Positions 29,285 to 40,757 are shown, counted from the stretch's first letter. The stretch: 64,000 nucleotides of DNA from Clostridia bacterium (GCA_017441005.1 JAFSAM010000005.1:27319-91318); one strand, 5' to 3'. Notes: generated by a model from the sequence alone, not told the origin. Program-made: numbers and translations.

Positions 29285-30487
29285 TCAGTTCTTCTTGAAA
29301 AGTGTAAGAATATCGTTGAAATCGCTGTCGGAGATAACGTCTCCGTTGGAAGGCTCTGCCTCTGCGTTTGCATCAACGTATTCGTTTGTGAAAAGTCCGT
29401 TGTTTGCATTGTTGTCCATTACGGGAGCATTGTAAACGGGTGCATTGTATGCGGGAGCCGCTTCTGCCATAGGTGCATTTTCAATTGGCTTGGGAGCAAT
29501 GTACGCATCCTGCTGATGAGCAACCTTCTTTGCTGACTCAAAGCCGGTAGCAATAACGGTAACCTTCATCTCGTCCTCAAGGCTTGTATCGAATGCAGCA
29601 CCCCAGATGATCTGTGCGTCGGGATGAGCTTCCTTCTGAATCATACTTGCGGCAACGTCGACCTCGTCGAGACCAATGTCGGGAGATGCTGTAATATTAA
29701 CGATAATACCTCTTGCACCCTTGATAGAGGTTTCGAGCAAGGGGCTGGAGATAGCGAGCATAGCAGCCTGCTCTGCCTTATCCTTACCTGTAGCCTGACC
29801 AACACCCATGTGTGCGTTGCCTGCATTAGACATAATAGCGGTAACGTCAGCGAAGTCAAGGTTTACAAGACCGGTAACGTTAATAAGCTCAGAAATACTC
29901 TGTACACCCTGTCTCAATACGTCGTCTGCAACGATGAAGGCATTGAGAAGTGTAAGTCTGGTTTCAGAAACCTGCTTCAGACGCTCGTTGGGGATAACAA
30001 CGAGAGAGTCAACGCAAGCACCAAGCTTTGCGATACCTTCCTCTGCAAGCTCCATTCTTTTTTTACCCTCGAAAAGGAAGGGCTTTGTAACTATACCGAC
30101 AGTAAGGATACCCATATCCTTAGCGATCTTTGCAACAACGGGAGCCGCACCGGTACCGGTACCACCGCCCATACCTGTGGTGATGAACACCATATCTGTT
30201 CCGCGGAGAACGTTTGCGATCTCCTCTGCGCTTTCCTCAGCCGCGCGAGTACCGATCTCGGGATTAGCGCCGGCACCTCTGCCTCTGGTAAGCTTTTCAC
30301 CGATTACGATCTTGTGAGCCGCACCGGAATTTTCAAGAACCTGTTTATCTGTATTTACTGCAATGAATTCAACGCCTCTTACGCCTGCTTCGATCATACG
30401 GTTTACAGCATTTGTACCGCCGCCGCCGACACCTACAACCTTAATTATAACGCCGTTGCTGTTTGCTTCTTCAAACTCGAATGCCAT
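29285..30487 (-). CDS. ftsZ: Cell division GTPase FtsZ
   Basis: Tubulin signature [13 protein letters not shown] motifs and the conserved C-terminal peptide [10 protein letters not shown]-like. Confidence 0.97.
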   Translation of the reverse strand: MAFEFEEANSNGVIIKVVGVGGGGTNAVNRMIEAGVRGVEFIAVNTDKQVLENSGAAHKIVIGEKLTRGRGAGANPEIGTRAAEESAEEIANVLRGTDMVFITTGMGGGTGTGAAPVVAKIAKDMGILTVGIVTKPFLFEGKKRMELAEEGIAKLGACVDSLVVIPNERLKQVSETRLTLLNAFIVADDVLRQGVQSISELINVTGLVNLDFADVTAIMSNAGNAHMGVGQATGKDKAEQAAMLAISSPLLETSIKGARGIIVNITASPDIGLDEVDVAASMIQKEAHPDAQIIWGAAFDTSLEDEMKVTVIATGFESAKKVAHQQDAYIAPKPIENAPMAEAAPAYNAPVYNAPVMDNNANNGLFTNEYVDANAEAEPSNGDVISDSDFNDILTLFKKN

Positions 30488-30663
30488 TTTTCTTCCTCCT
30501 ATATATTATAAATCCGATATTATTTACATAATTTATTTTTAAAAATGCGCAAAAATAGCCTATATATAAATAATGATAATACTTTTCGTCTTGATTAGCA
30601 AGAACTTTTTAAATTATTCACGATATATTTACAAATTCGCCGTCTTATTTTGCTTAATTTTTG

Positions 30664-31485
30664 TTAATTTTCCAAAATTACCGATCCTACGGTAATATCG
30701 TGAGCGTCGACCTCACCTCTCTGATGAGGCTCGAAAGTATCGATCATAAGTCCCGCGAAGGTAAGCTTCATTTCCGTCTCCGTATTGTCTCCAAGATATA
30801 TCTTGAATCTGTCTTCATAGTATACGTATATATTATACCGCCTGCTAAGATCGATCGATGTAATATTTGCTCTTCTCTCGTGTACGTTTACACTCTGTAT
30901 AAAGCTGTCGATATATTCAAATGTTATGTCTTTATTAAATCCGATATATTCACCGACTATTACGCTTTTTATGTCGGCAAACATTATGCGTATGAGTCCC
31001 AATTCCTCTGTCGGAAGCTCCTCTGTTCTTTCGAGCACTCGCAAGGTATCCGACAGGATGTAATATTCGCCGCATATCTCCGTATAGTAAGCAGGAATAT
31101 CCTCGGTTATTCTGAAGGTCAAAGTCGAAGGCAACGTTCTTCTGATCACAACGTCGCTTACGTAGGGATACTCCGCGATGATCAGACTTTTCGCCTCAGG
31201 CTTGCTTATTGAATACATATTCTGACCGACGGTGATTCCGCTTACTTCCACTATCTGTTCCGACGTATAGCGTTCGTTCCCCTTGACCTCAATGCTTTCG
31301 ATCTTCAAAAACAGTGCCATACACACTATTATAAAAACAAAACACAATACGATAGTGAGAAGTATATAATTAATTCGTCGAAAGAACTTCTTATGCCGTT
31401 TTTTCGCCTTCATCCTCTCAAGGGTATCTCGGTTTATTATCTCGGCATTAGATACGTTCGGGTCATTATATAACTCTTTGTCCAT
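30664..31485 (-). CDS. ftsQ: Cell division protein FtsQ/DivIB (TM plus POTRA)
   Basis: Single TM helix followed by a POTRA-like block (IESIEVKGNERYTSEQI). Positioned between murG and ftsZ. Confidence 0.75.
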   Translation of the reverse strand: MDKELYNDPNVSNAEIINRDTLERMKAKKRHKKFFRRINYILLTIVLCFVFIIVCMALFLKIESIEVKGNERYTSEQIVEVSGITVGQNMYSISKPEAKSLIIAEYPYVSDVVIRRTLPSTLTFRITEDIPAYYTEICGEYYILSDTLRVLERTEELPTEELGLIRIMFADIKSVIVGEYIGFNKDITFEYIDSFIQSVNVHERRANITSIDLSRRYNIYVYYEDRFKIYLGDNTETEMKLTFAGLMIDTFEPHQRGEVDAHDITVGSVILEN

Positions 31486-31496
31486 ATCCGATTCCT

Positions 31497-32603
31497 TTAT
31501 TTTTTAGTTTCAACAAGCTGCTTTACTCCGTTATAAATAAGCTCGTTTGTATTTTCAACGGCAAATGTGCCGATGTTTTTCTTCATTTCCGCAAGGCGTT
31601 TTTCATCAAATATCAAGTCCTCGACGGCCTTGACCATTACACCCTCGTCGAGGTTCTTTTCCTCGAAAACAACAGCCGCGTTTTTCTTTTCCAGCTCCAC
31701 TGCGTTCTTATACTGGTGATTGTCGGTAACGTTTGGTGATGGAATAAGAATGCAGGGCTTGTTCATCATTGCAAGCTCGGAAAGAGTCATTGCTCCCGCC
31801 CTTGAAACAACAAGATCTGCCGCCGCCATTTTAGTCGGCATATCGTATATATATTCCACAAGCTGCAGGTTTTTGTATTGTTCAAGTCCGTATTCCTTGA
31901 AGGTGTTTTGTGCGGTTTCCTTTTCAATAGCTCCGGATGCATGAATGTGCAACACCTCGGGATGCTTTGATGAAAAGTCTCTCATCACCTTCAGCATCTC
32001 GCTGTTTACACGCATAGCTCCCAAACTTCCGCCGTATGAAAGTATAAGCTTTTTATAATCGCCCTTTACGTTAGAAATATCGGCATTATCAATATTGAAA
32101 CCGCCGATGAGAGGATTTCCCACTCTTTTTGCCTTTTCGGGACATTTCAGCTTATTAATCGTCGCCTCAAAATTTGTATAAACGATATCAACGTATTTTT
32201 CAAGCATTTTGACAGCAACTCCGGGAATTGCATTTGATTCGTGCAAAACAGTAGGTATTCCCATCGATGCCGCCGCCTTTACCACAGGCCAACAGACGTA
32301 ACCGCCCGTTCCGATAACGACGTCGGGACGAAACTTCTTCACAAGCTTTTTCGCCTTAAAAACCGATGTAAAAGCCAAATATGCCGTCTTAATATTGGAA
32401 AGACTGAGTTTTCTTTTAAGTCCCTGTATTTCGACGTGATAAACCTCATAACCGAATTTGGGAACAAGCTTGTTTTCTATTCCGCGACTTGTGCCGACAA
32501 AAGCGATCACACTGTCCTTTTCCTTTTCGCGTATTGTATTGGCGATGGCAATTGCGGGATTAACGTGTCCGCCCGTTCCTCCGCCCGTCATAAGAACTCT
32601 CAC
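31497..32603 (-). CDS. murG: UDP-N-acetylglucosamine--N-acetylmuramyl-(pentapeptide) pyrophosphoryl-undecaprenol N-acetylglucosamine transferase
   Basis: GGGTGGHVNPA N-terminal motif and GAMTLSELA. GTG start after ggggagg. Confidence 0.92.
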   Translation of the reverse strand: MRVLMTGGGTGGHVNPAIAIANTIREKEKDSVIAFVGTSRGIENKLVPKFGYEVYHVEIQGLKRKLSLSNIKTAYLAFTSVFKAKKLVKKFRPDVVIGTGGYVCWPVVKAAASMGIPTVLHESNAIPGVAVKMLEKYVDIVYTNFEATINKLKCPEKAKRVGNPLIGGFNIDNADISNVKGDYKKLILSYGGSLGAMRVNSEMLKVMRDFSSKHPEVLHIHASGAIEKETAQNTFKEYGLEQYKNLQLVEYIYDMPTKMAAADLVVSRAGAMTLSELAMMNKPCILIPSPNVTDNHQYKNAVELEKKNAAVVFEEKNLDEGVMVKAVEDLIFDEKRLAEMKKNIGTFAVENTNELIYNGVKQLVETKK

Positions 32604-32634
32604 TGATACTGCCTCCCCTTGGCGATCTTTATAA

Positions 32635-33888
32635 CTAATCGTTTACTCTTATATGAGAAAATCTCGAAATCGAAAGAATGATACCCATTTCAAGCAAGAG
32701 CATCATTAACGATGAGCCGCCGTAGCTGAAAAACGGCAATGAAATACCGGTATTGGGTATGGTATTTGTTACAACGGCAATGTTAAGCACCGCCTGAATG
32801 GCGACCTTCGACACGATACCGACGACAACCAACTTTGAGAAAGAGTCGGGTGCTCTGTTTGCTATAACAAGTCCGCGCCAAATAAACACACCGAAAAGGA
32901 AGATCGTACCGACTGCACCAACAAATCCCAATTCCTCGGCAATAATTGCAAATATAAAGTCATTCTGCGGCTGTGATACAAACATGTGCTTTTGCAAGCT
33001 GTTTCCGAGTCCGACACCGAAGAAACCTCCGGAACCTACCGCATTAAGTCCCTGGATCGTCTGCCAGGTCTCCGACTGACTTGAATAATTTTCGGGATTG
33101 AGCCATATATCAAGTCTTCCTCTGGCATAAGGAACAAGCATAATAACGCCGAGAAGCAGGGTCGCAAATGCTCCGCCTGAGCCAAGCAACCACTTGAGCT
33201 GTCCGCCCGCGGTGAATATCACGCAGGTACCGATCAGGAATAAAATTATTACGCCCGAAAAGTGCTTCTCGAGAGCGACCATAATACACACTATGATAAC
33301 CAAAGCATAAGGAAATGCAAGTCTTCTTACAACGGGCTCATACTTAAATGTCTGTCTGTCCAGCAGCTTTTCGTTTTCGGAAAAGTATTTTGCAAGCATC
33401 AAAACTATACCGAGCTTCATAAACTCGGAGGGCTGGATACCAAAGCTGGTACCCGGAATATATATCCATCTCTGCGCTTCGCCCTCGGCAGTACCGTACA
33501 AAAGAACGACACCGAGCAGGATCATTACGATCGTAAAATAAAGCTTTGTATATTTCTTTATCGTTCTGTAGTCAATGAAGTTTGCCACCACAAACATACC
33601 GACAACACCTGCCGCCACAAAGAAAAGCTGCTTCTCAATGAAGTAATAGCTTGATCCCTTGGATGCAAGTGCATAAGCATAGCTGGCACTGAATACCATG
33701 ACCGACCCGAAGCATATCATAACGATAACAAGTATCAAAAAGGTTCTGTCCATATCACCCTTGATTCGAACGATATCGTTATCCTTTACTATGTCTTTTT
33801 TTATTGTCGGCTTCTTTTTTTCGGGCAGGAGCTTTCTACTCTTTTTCGGCTCCTTTGTCTCCATTTTAGGCTGAACATTTTTGTTCAT
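32635..33888 (-). CDS. ftsW: SEDS-family peptidoglycan glycosyltransferase FtsW/SpoVE
   Basis: Polytopic protein with QPSEFMK, the ...PQNDFIFA... block and GISLPFFSYGGSS. Confidence 0.9.
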   Translation of the reverse strand: MNKNVQPKMETKEPKKSRKLLPEKKKPTIKKDIVKDNDIVRIKGDMDRTFLILVIVMICFGSVMVFSASYAYALASKGSSYYFIEKQLFFVAAGVVGMFVVANFIDYRTIKKYTKLYFTIVMILLGVVLLYGTAEGEAQRWIYIPGTSFGIQPSEFMKLGIVLMLAKYFSENEKLLDRQTFKYEPVVRRLAFPYALVIIVCIMVALEKHFSGVIILFLIGTCVIFTAGGQLKWLLGSGGAFATLLLGVIMLVPYARGRLDIWLNPENYSSQSETWQTIQGLNAVGSGGFFGVGLGNSLQKHMFVSQPQNDFIFAIIAEELGFVGAVGTIFLFGVFIWRGLVIANRAPDSFSKLVVVGIVSKVAIQAVLNIAVVTNTIPNTGISLPFFSYGGSSLMMLLLEMGIILSISRFSHIRVND

Positions 33889-33889
33889 A

Positions 33890-34873
33890 TTATACTAATC
33901 CCCAATATGCTATAAAACTGAATATTGCAGTAACAAGGCTGAAGACACCAACTATCTTCAGTTCGCTCCATCCGCACATTTCAAAGTGGTGATGAATGGG
34001 GCTCATTTTGAATATTCTCTTTCCCGTAAGCTTGAAAGATGCGACCTGAAGCATTACCGAAAGAGTCTCTAAAATATACACAATACCCGCGATCACGATG
34101 ATAAGCGGCTGATTTATAAGAAAAGCAAGACCCACCGCGATACCGCCGAGGAAGAGGGAGCCTGTATCTCCCATAAACACTCTTGCGGGATAGAAATTGT
34201 ATACCAAAAAACCGACACAGGAGCCGATCGTAAGGGCAGAAAGGATGGCGGTGTCTTCGAGGCTGTAAGTAAATGCGATCACAGCAAAGAACGCACTGAC
34301 GATCGCCGTAATGCTTGCCGCCAAGCCGTCGATTCCGTCTGTGAGGTTAACGCTGTTTACAACGCCTGTTATAAGAATTACAGCAAACACATAGTAGAAA
34401 ATTCCGAGGTCAAGTCCGCTGTCTATAAAAGGAAAATAAAGAACGGTCGTAAGGTTTCCCTTCCACGACATGAAGAAAAGATATATGCCCGCCGCAATAA
34501 GCTGAAGCAAATATTTCTGACCTGCGGAAAGTCCCTCGTTCTGCTTTTTGAAAAACTTTGCATAGTCATCTATAAAGCCGATTGCTCCGCAGAGGAGTGC
34601 AAAGCCAAACGTGATACAGAGACGCCATACGTTGGCATTTTCATTTCTTACCAAAATGATAACGAGCATCACTATAAATACGACTGTCGCCGAAATTATA
34701 AATCCGAGACCGCCCATTGTGGGGGTTCCCTCTTTTGATTTATGCCATCTCGGACCGATGTCGAGAATTTTCTGTCCCATCTTTACGCTTTTGAGAATAG
34801 GGATAAGAATACGCTCCGCAATAACCGTCAGCACCAAAGTGGCAACGAAAGCGATAATAAAATACAAATACAT
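33890..34873 (-). CDS. mraY: Phospho-N-acetylmuramoyl-pentapeptide transferase
   Basis: KxGTPTMGG, NLTDGIDGLA, FMGDTGSL and PIHHHFE motifs. Confidence 0.95.
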   Translation of the reverse strand: MYLYFIIAFVATLVLTVIAERILIPILKSVKMGQKILDIGPRWHKSKEGTPTMGGLGFIISATVVFIVMLVIILVRNENANVWRLCITFGFALLCGAIGFIDDYAKFFKKQNEGLSAGQKYLLQLIAAGIYLFFMSWKGNLTTVLYFPFIDSGLDLGIFYYVFAVILITGVVNSVNLTDGIDGLAASITAIVSAFFAVIAFTYSLEDTAILSALTIGSCVGFLVYNFYPARVFMGDTGSLFLGGIAVGLAFLINQPLIIVIAGIVYILETLSVMLQVASFKLTGKRIFKMSPIHHHFEMCGWSELKIVGVFSLVTAIFSFIAYWGLV

Positions 34874-34884
34874 TTTTATCCCCC

Positions 34885-36270
34885 TTATTTCACAAGCAGC
34901 TCAATAACCTTTTCAAGCGCAACAGCTCTGCTCGCCTTAAAAAGAACTATGTCGCCCTTTTTCAGATCGTTTTTCAGTATTTCAGCCAAGCCCTCGGGCT
35001 CGAGGATCTTATTATAACCAATGATCGCCTCTTCGTCCAGTCCCTCTTCGAGCGCACCTACTGCTATTTCGAGTGCGGAGTCACCGTACGTGTAAAGTCG
35101 GTCTATCTTTAATTCTGCGGCATATCTGCCCACCGACTTATGAAGCTCATCAGACGTCTTACCAAGCTCTCTCATCTCGCCGAGGACAGCAACGGTTCTC
35201 CTTTCCTTGCCCAATTCGGCAAGCACGGAAAGTGACGCCTTCATCGATTCGGGACTTGCATTGTAGCAGTCCTCTATAACTGTATATCCGTTGTTGTCAT
35301 AAATCTTCTGGCGCATACCCGAGGGGCGGTAGTTCAAAAGTCCTCTTCTGATCTCATCCGGCGAAAGACCCGCCAATCTGCCTACGGAAAATGCCGCCAT
35401 AGCGTTATAAACATTATGAACACCGACAGTCGGAAGGGCGATATTTTTATGTATCTCGTCTTTATAACGCATATCAAAATACGTTTTGTCGCCATCGTTT
35501 CTGACGTTATAACCGAAGACGTCTGCGTCTTCATTTTTTATACCGAAGCTTATGCTGTTTTTAAAGGTCTCTCTCCTGTCCCAAAGAAGCGGCTCGTCAC
35601 CGTTGTAAACAAGTGTACCATTTTCCCGCAGTCCTTCTGTTATCTCAAGCTTTGCCTTTGCTATGTTTTCTCTGCTGCCCAAGGCCTCAAGATGAGCGGT
35701 TCCTATATTTGTGATGACTGCGGCATCCGGACGGGCAATGTTTGTCAGAAGTGATATTTCTCCGAGAGCACTCATACCCATTTCGGTTACGACAGCCTTA
35801 TGCATACTGCTGAGTGCAGCAAGAGTAAGGCTTATTCCATAAACGGTATTAAAGTTTCCGCCGCTTTTATGTGTGGGATATTTTTCCGCAAGAACATAAG
35901 AAATAAATTCCTTCGTAGTAGTCTTACCTACACTTCCCGTTACACCTACGGTAAATGGACCGAATCTTTCACGGCAAGACGTCGCAATATCGGATATCGC
36001 CTTGACAGTATCCTCAACAAGAATATAATTCCCCTCAAAGCCATCGGGCAATTCTTCGCACATTACACAAACTGCACCATTCTTGACAGCACTGTCTATG
36101 TATTTGTGGCCGTCGGTATTTTCCCCCCTGACCGCCACAAATAAAGTGCAATCTTCAACCTCTCGCGAATCGATGGAGATACTCTTGATATCGACATTAC
36201 AGTTCGTTTTTCCAAAGCAAAGCTCTGCCAATATTCTACTGTCATACTTTTCCGATAGTCCGATGATCAT
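34885..36270 (-). CDS. murF: UDP-N-acetylmuramoyl-tripeptide--D-alanyl-D-alanine ligase
   Basis: Mur ligase P-loop GVTGSVGKTTTKE. Positioned between murE and mraY. Confidence 0.9.
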   Translation of the reverse strand: MIIGLSEKYDSRILAELCFGKTNCNVDIKSISIDSREVEDCTLFVAVRGENTDGHKYIDSAVKNGAVCVMCEELPDGFEGNYILVEDTVKAISDIATSCRERFGPFTVGVTGSVGKTTTKEFISYVLAEKYPTHKSGGNFNTVYGISLTLAALSSMHKAVVTEMGMSALGEISLLTNIARPDAAVITNIGTAHLEALGSRENIAKAKLEITEGLRENGTLVYNGDEPLLWDRRETFKNSISFGIKNEDADVFGYNVRNDGDKTYFDMRYKDEIHKNIALPTVGVHNVYNAMAAFSVGRLAGLSPDEIRRGLLNYRPSGMRQKIYDNNGYTVIEDCYNASPESMKASLSVLAELGKERRTVAVLGEMRELGKTSDELHKSVGRYAAELKIDRLYTYGDSALEIAVGALEEGLDEEAIIGYNKILEPEGLAEILKNDLKKGDIVLFKASRAVALEKVIELLVK

Positions 36271-37718
36271 TTTTTTCTAACCCTCTTATCAACCGCATTT
36301 GCGGCAATTTCTTTTTCGTTAAAATAACTTTTCCCAAAAGGTCCAATCTCATAGTCCTCGTGCCCCTTGCCGGCGAGAAGGATTATATCGTTCTCCTTTG
36401 CATTTGCTATGGCACATTCAATCGCACATCTTCTGTCCTCGATCACTTTGTAGGGCCGTTCCTTGTCGATTCCCTTCAGGATCTCGCAAATAATATCTTC
36501 GCGCTTTTCCGTACGGCAGTTGTCCGACGTTACGATCACAAAATCGGCAAGTCTTGAAGCTGTCTGCCCCATAAGCCTGCGTTTCGATCTGTCTCTGTCA
36601 CCGCCGCAACCAAAAACAAGTGTTATTTTCTGTTTTTTGCTTTTAAAAGCCCTTATGCATTCAAGCACCTTTTGCAATGCATCGGGTGTATGCGCATAAT
36701 CGATATAAACCTCAAACGGTACGTCTTTAAAATCAAGCCTTTCGAGCCTTCCTCTAACATTTTCAACCGATCGAATCCCCGCTTCTATTGCTCCGTGATC
36801 GACCCCGTCTGCAAATGCCAGCGATGCCACCGCAAGCGTATTGTAAACATTAAAACGTCCGCACAGATGCGATTTTATCATTAAAGGAAATGTCGGTGTC
36901 AAAAGGTCGTATTCAAAACCTTTTGTGCCGTGGGAAATAAAATTTTCAACACAAAAATCTGCGTTTTTATCGGTTACTGAATAAGTAAGACTCCGTCCCG
37001 TCGACATTTCTTTAACCTTGCCGCAATAGCTGTCATCAAGGTTAAAGAGGCCTATCTCGCAGTTTTTGAAAAGCTTTGCCTTAGCCGCTGCATACTCGTT
37101 CATATTTTTATGAAAATCCAAATGCTCTTCCGTAAGATTTGTAAACAGGCCGCATCGGAATTTTACACCGTACAGCTTATCAAGAAAGAGTGCGTGGGAC
37201 GATGCTTCCATTATTACTGTGGTCATTCCCGTGTCAAAGGCCTTCTTCAGCATCGGGAAAAAATCCTCGGGGTCGGGAGTGGTAAGTCCGCCGTCAAGCG
37301 TTCCTACTGTTTTTACGTTTTCTCCGGACTTAGCGTAAACGGCAGAAAGAAGCTGACAAGTAGATGTTTTTCCGTTTGTACCGGTAACACCTAACATTTT
37401 CAGCTGTCTTTCGGGATTTCCATACGCCGCAGCGCACATTAGTGCCAAGGCACTTCGGGTGTTTTCCACGCGAATATAGGGCAATCCTGTATTTACTATA
37501 CCGAGCGTGAGCTGCTCGATCACCAAAAGAGAAGCTCCCTTCTCCTTTGCCGCCGACGCCAAATCGTGACCGTCCCTGTGCATACCTCGTATACACACAA
37601 AGACGTACCCGCATTGTACCTCATCGGATCTGGAGGTTACCCCCCTGATCTCCATATCAAACCGTCTTACGTTTGTCTGTAAGACCTCGACGTTTTCAAG
37701 ATAGTTATACAGTCTCAA
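36267..37718 (-). CDS. murE: UDP-N-acetylmuramoyl-L-alanyl-D-glutamate--2,6-diaminopimelate (or L-lysine) ligase
   Basis: GVTGTNGKTS P-loop, followed by DYAHTPDAL and then GCGGDRD. Its 4-nt overlap with murF suggests coupling. Confidence 0.9.
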   Translation of the reverse strand: MRLYNYLENVEVLQTNVRRFDMEIRGVTSRSDEVQCGYVFVCIRGMHRDGHDLASAAKEKGASLLVIEQLTLGIVNTGLPYIRVENTRSALALMCAAAYGNPERQLKMLGVTGTNGKTSTCQLLSAVYAKSGENVKTVGTLDGGLTTPDPEDFFPMLKKAFDTGMTTVIMEASSHALFLDKLYGVKFRCGLFTNLTEEHLDFHKNMNEYAAAKAKLFKNCEIGLFNLDDSYCGKVKEMSTGRSLTYSVTDKNADFCVENFISHGTKGFEYDLLTPTFPLMIKSHLCGRFNVYNTLAVASLAFADGVDHGAIEAGIRSVENVRGRLERLDFKDVPFEVYIDYAHTPDALQKVLECIRAFKSKKQKITLVFGCGGDRDRSKRRLMGQTASRLADFVIVTSDNCRTEKREDIICEILKGIDKERPYKVIEDRRCAIECAIANAKENDIILLAGKGHEDYEIGPFGKSYFNEKEIAANAVDKRVRKK

Positions 37719-37786
37719 AGCCGTATCCTCCGAACGTTAATTATTGTTTTTTAACATCCGTAATAGCTTTAAGACCCTTTTGTTTT

Positions 37787-40036
37787 TTAGTCAGTACCGT
37801 CAGTGTGTCTGAGCTGAATGGTTATCACACTTCCCTTGGGAACGATCGTGCCCTCCTTCAGCGACTGACTTACAACACGTGCGCCTACACCCTCTTCAAA
37901 GTTCAGTGCGCCGTCGACCTTTATGTTAAATCCTGCATTTACAAGTGTTCTGTTTGCAATGGTAGCAGGCTGACCTACAACGTTTGGCACAGTGATCTGT
38001 GTATTCTGCTCGGGAGTTGCATCACCGAGGTAGAACAAGACCTTACCGCTGCTCATAAGTATGGAGCTTCCGCCGGGAGGAACCTGTGAAACGACCGTGG
38101 GTCCCTGACCGATAAACTCATACTGGAGATGCTGGTTTTTGATGTTCATAGTCGTGCTTTCGACAGTCCAGCCGGTGTAGTCCCAAACCTGAACGTGTGC
38201 ACGCTTTTGCTCTTCTTCGGTATACGAGCTTTCAATGCCCATATAAGGCAATACGTCCTCAAGAAGCTCCGAAATATACGGAGCCGCAACCATGCTTCCG
38301 TAGATCGTGCTTCCGAGAGGCTCGTCGCACACGATAAGCACGGCAATCTGCGGATCGTCTGCGGGCGCATAAGCGACGCAAGATCCTACGTAAAGATAAG
38401 AATTGCCATTGGGATCAAGAATATCTCTCTTCTGCGACGTACCCGTCTTTGCGGCTACCTTATAGCCCAAAACGTATGCATTCTTAGCACCGCCGTTACC
38501 CGATACACCCTCTTCAAGAATGGTGGAAATATAATCGGAAGTGCTTTCGCTTATTACCTGTCTCTTAATATTGGTCTCAAACGTCTCGACAATGTTTCCG
38601 TCAGAGTCGACGACCTTATCGAGCACGTGAGGAGTAACGACGTATCCGCCGTTTGCAACAGCCGCAATCGCTGTGATCTGCTGAATGGGCGTCGTCTTAA
38701 ACGTCTGACCGAACGAATATACGGATAACTCGACAAGATTCAGTCCGTTTCTCTGTACAAAAAGACCGGAAGCCTCTCCTCTCATATCGATGCCCGTCTT
38801 TGAGGTATAACCGTATGACGAGAAATAATCGTAAAACCTTGACGATCCGATACGCTGACCGACCTGTACAAGTGTCGGGTTGCACGACTGCTGAAGCATC
38901 TCGGAGAAAACGTGGATTCCGTGTCCGCCTATCTTATGGCAGTGAATCGGATTGGGATATCCCTCAACACGGATGCTTCCCGTGCATCTGAACGTCTCTA
39001 AAGGATCAATAAGATTTTCTTCTATAGCCATCGATGCGGTAACTACCTTAAATGTAGAGCCCGGCTCATACAACCAGGAGACCGCCTTATTGTTCCATGA
39101 TGAGAACAAAAGCTCGTTATATTTTTCCGTATACTCTGTGCTGTCTGTCGGATAACCCAGCTCCTCCAGTTGCTTCAAATACACTTCACTCAGCTTACCG
39201 GGGGAATTAAGGTCATACGTGGGATACTGTGCCATTGCGAGCACACCACCCGTATTAACGTCCATAACTATACCGGTTACACCGCCGCCCGAAACCGATT
39301 CCTCATAAGACAGCTTGATCTGCTTTTCAAGGAGCTGCTGTATACGCATATCTATTGTAGTTACAATATCATAACCGTTCTGCGCACTTATGTAGCTTTC
39401 GTATTTAAAGGGCATATCCATGCCGAGACCGTTCTTTGCTGTAATATATCTGCCGGGTGTACCTGTCAGATACTTATCATACTGAAGCTCAAGACCGTAG
39501 CTTCCGCCATCAGTTCCCATAAAACCGATCACGTTTGCGGCAAGCGAATCATACGGATAGTATCTCATCGTAGTCGCTTCAAGGTGGACCTGTTTGGACA
39601 GCTCATTTTCCTCGATGAAGGCACGCACCTTGTCGGCATCTGCCTTTTCTACGTTCCTTTTGACCGTTTCGTCCGCTCTGTTTTCTTTTAACGCTCTCTT
39701 AAAGATCGTATCGTAATCTACACCCAAAAGCTCGGAAAGATTACGGCAAATAAACTGCGCCTGAGTGGTATCAACGATATCGACGGGAGATATAAACACA
39801 CGCCACACAGAAACGTTTGTTGCAAGCACGACGTTGTTTTTGTCTAATATCTCTCCCCTCTCCGCAGAGACCGTGTTCGTCCTTTGGACCTGGTTTGAAA
39901 CGCTCTGTTGATACTCCTTGTGGTGTATTACCTGAAGCCAAAACAGTCTTATGACAAGCCCAACCCAAAGCACTATAAACACAAGCAACAAAGCAGTACT
40001 GCGCTTTTTTATATTTTTATCCAATTTGCTATACAT
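37787..40036 (-). CDS. Class B penicillin-binding protein (FtsI/SpoVD-like) with two C-terminal PASTA domains
   Basis: PBP dimerisation region, transpeptidase motifs STFK and KTGT, and two PASTA-like repeats at the C-terminus. The ATG at 40036 follows aagaggtg. Confidence 0.9.
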   Translation of the reverse strand: MYSKLDKNIKKRSTALLLVFIVLWVGLVIRLFWLQVIHHKEYQQSVSNQVQRTNTVSAERGEILDKNNVVLATNVSVWRVFISPVDIVDTTQAQFICRNLSELLGVDYDTIFKRALKENRADETVKRNVEKADADKVRAFIEENELSKQVHLEATTMRYYPYDSLAANVIGFMGTDGGSYGLELQYDKYLTGTPGRYITAKNGLGMDMPFKYESYISAQNGYDIVTTIDMRIQQLLEKQIKLSYEESVSGGGVTGIVMDVNTGGVLAMAQYPTYDLNSPGKLSEVYLKQLEELGYPTDSTEYTEKYNELLFSSWNNKAVSWLYEPGSTFKVVTASMAIEENLIDPLETFRCTGSIRVEGYPNPIHCHKIGGHGIHVFSEMLQQSCNPTLVQVGQRIGSSRFYDYFSSYGYTSKTGIDMRGEASGLFVQRNGLNLVELSVYSFGQTFKTTPIQQITAIAAVANGGYVVTPHVLDKVVDSDGNIVETFETNIKRQVISESTSDYISTILEEGVSGNGGAKNAYVLGYKVAAKTGTSQKRDILDPNGNSYLYVGSCVAYAPADDPQIAVLIVCDEPLGSTIYGSMVAAPYISELLEDVLPYMGIESSYTEEEQKRAHVQVWDYTGWTVESTTMNIKNQHLQYEFIGQGPTVVSQVPPGGSSILMSSGKVLFYLGDATPEQNTQITVPNVVGQPATIANRTLVNAGFNIKVDGALNFEEGVGARVVSQSLKEGTIVPKGSVITIQLRHTDGTD

Positions 40037-40163
40037 ATTTTCACCTCTTAAGCGCATCTTAGCTTTGCCCTACTTAACCAAAAGAGAGTAAAGAGTATAT
40101 TCACAATACACCACTCTACCCTCATTCACGCAAAAACGCCTTACAATATAAATTTATTCAGCT

Positions 40164-40757
40164 TCAGTTTATATATTCCACAAACTTTCTGAAGTTTTCA
40201 CCTATGGCACTCATAACCGTATTGATCAAACTGTCTTCTGTGGTTTCGGGCTCTTCGACCTCGATCTTATCTTCGTTTCCTATAACGACGTAATGCTTTT
40301 CGACCTCATCGGCCTTTACCATTCCAAGTTGATTCACAGCAGCATCCTCAATGACACGAAGGTCATTTTTGAGTTCGACATCAAGTCTTAAATCTTCTTC
40401 CACCTTTTTCAGTTCGGACAATTGGTTCTGAAGTGCCGAGATATCCTGGGTAAACTCATTGATCTGAGCCATGGTAAGCATCATGAACATGAACAGGACA
40501 GTGCAGATTACTGACACAAACACAACAGACGTCGGGAAAGGCATTGTCTTCTTTGCCTTAATTGTCCGAACCTTAGGTGATTCGTTCACAGCAGCAACGA
40601 CTTTTACATTATTTGATTCAAGCGCATGGGATCTGACCGCGCTCTTCGTTTTTTCGACTTGTTTGGTGCTATTCTTTTCTTTTTCGGCAGGCTTCGCGTT
40701 TCTCTGAAGCTTTTTTGCCTTCTTTTCATTCTCCTCGTAAGACTTTTCGTAAGTCAT
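40164..40757 (-). CDS. ftsL: FtsL-like cell division protein with a long Lys-rich N-terminal extension
   Basis: Single TM helix followed by a coiled-coil (INEFTQDISALQNQLSELKKVEEDLRLD). Positioned between rsmH and the PBP gene. Confidence 0.6.
   Translation of the reverse strand: MTYEKSYEENEKKAKKLQRNAKPAEKEKNSTKQVEKTKSAVRSHALESNNVKVVAAVNESPKVRTIKAKKTMPFPTSVVFVSVICTVLFMFMMLTMAQINEFTQDISALQNQLSELKKVEEDLRLDVELKNDLRVIEDAAVNQLGMVKADEVEKHYVVIGNEDKIEVEEPETTEDSLINTVMSAIGENFRKFVEYIN

Noticed and set aside
29624-30511. 295-aa plus-strand ORF antisense to ftsZ
   Set aside because: This is a shadow ORF of ftsZ, with no RBS and no recognisable motifs.
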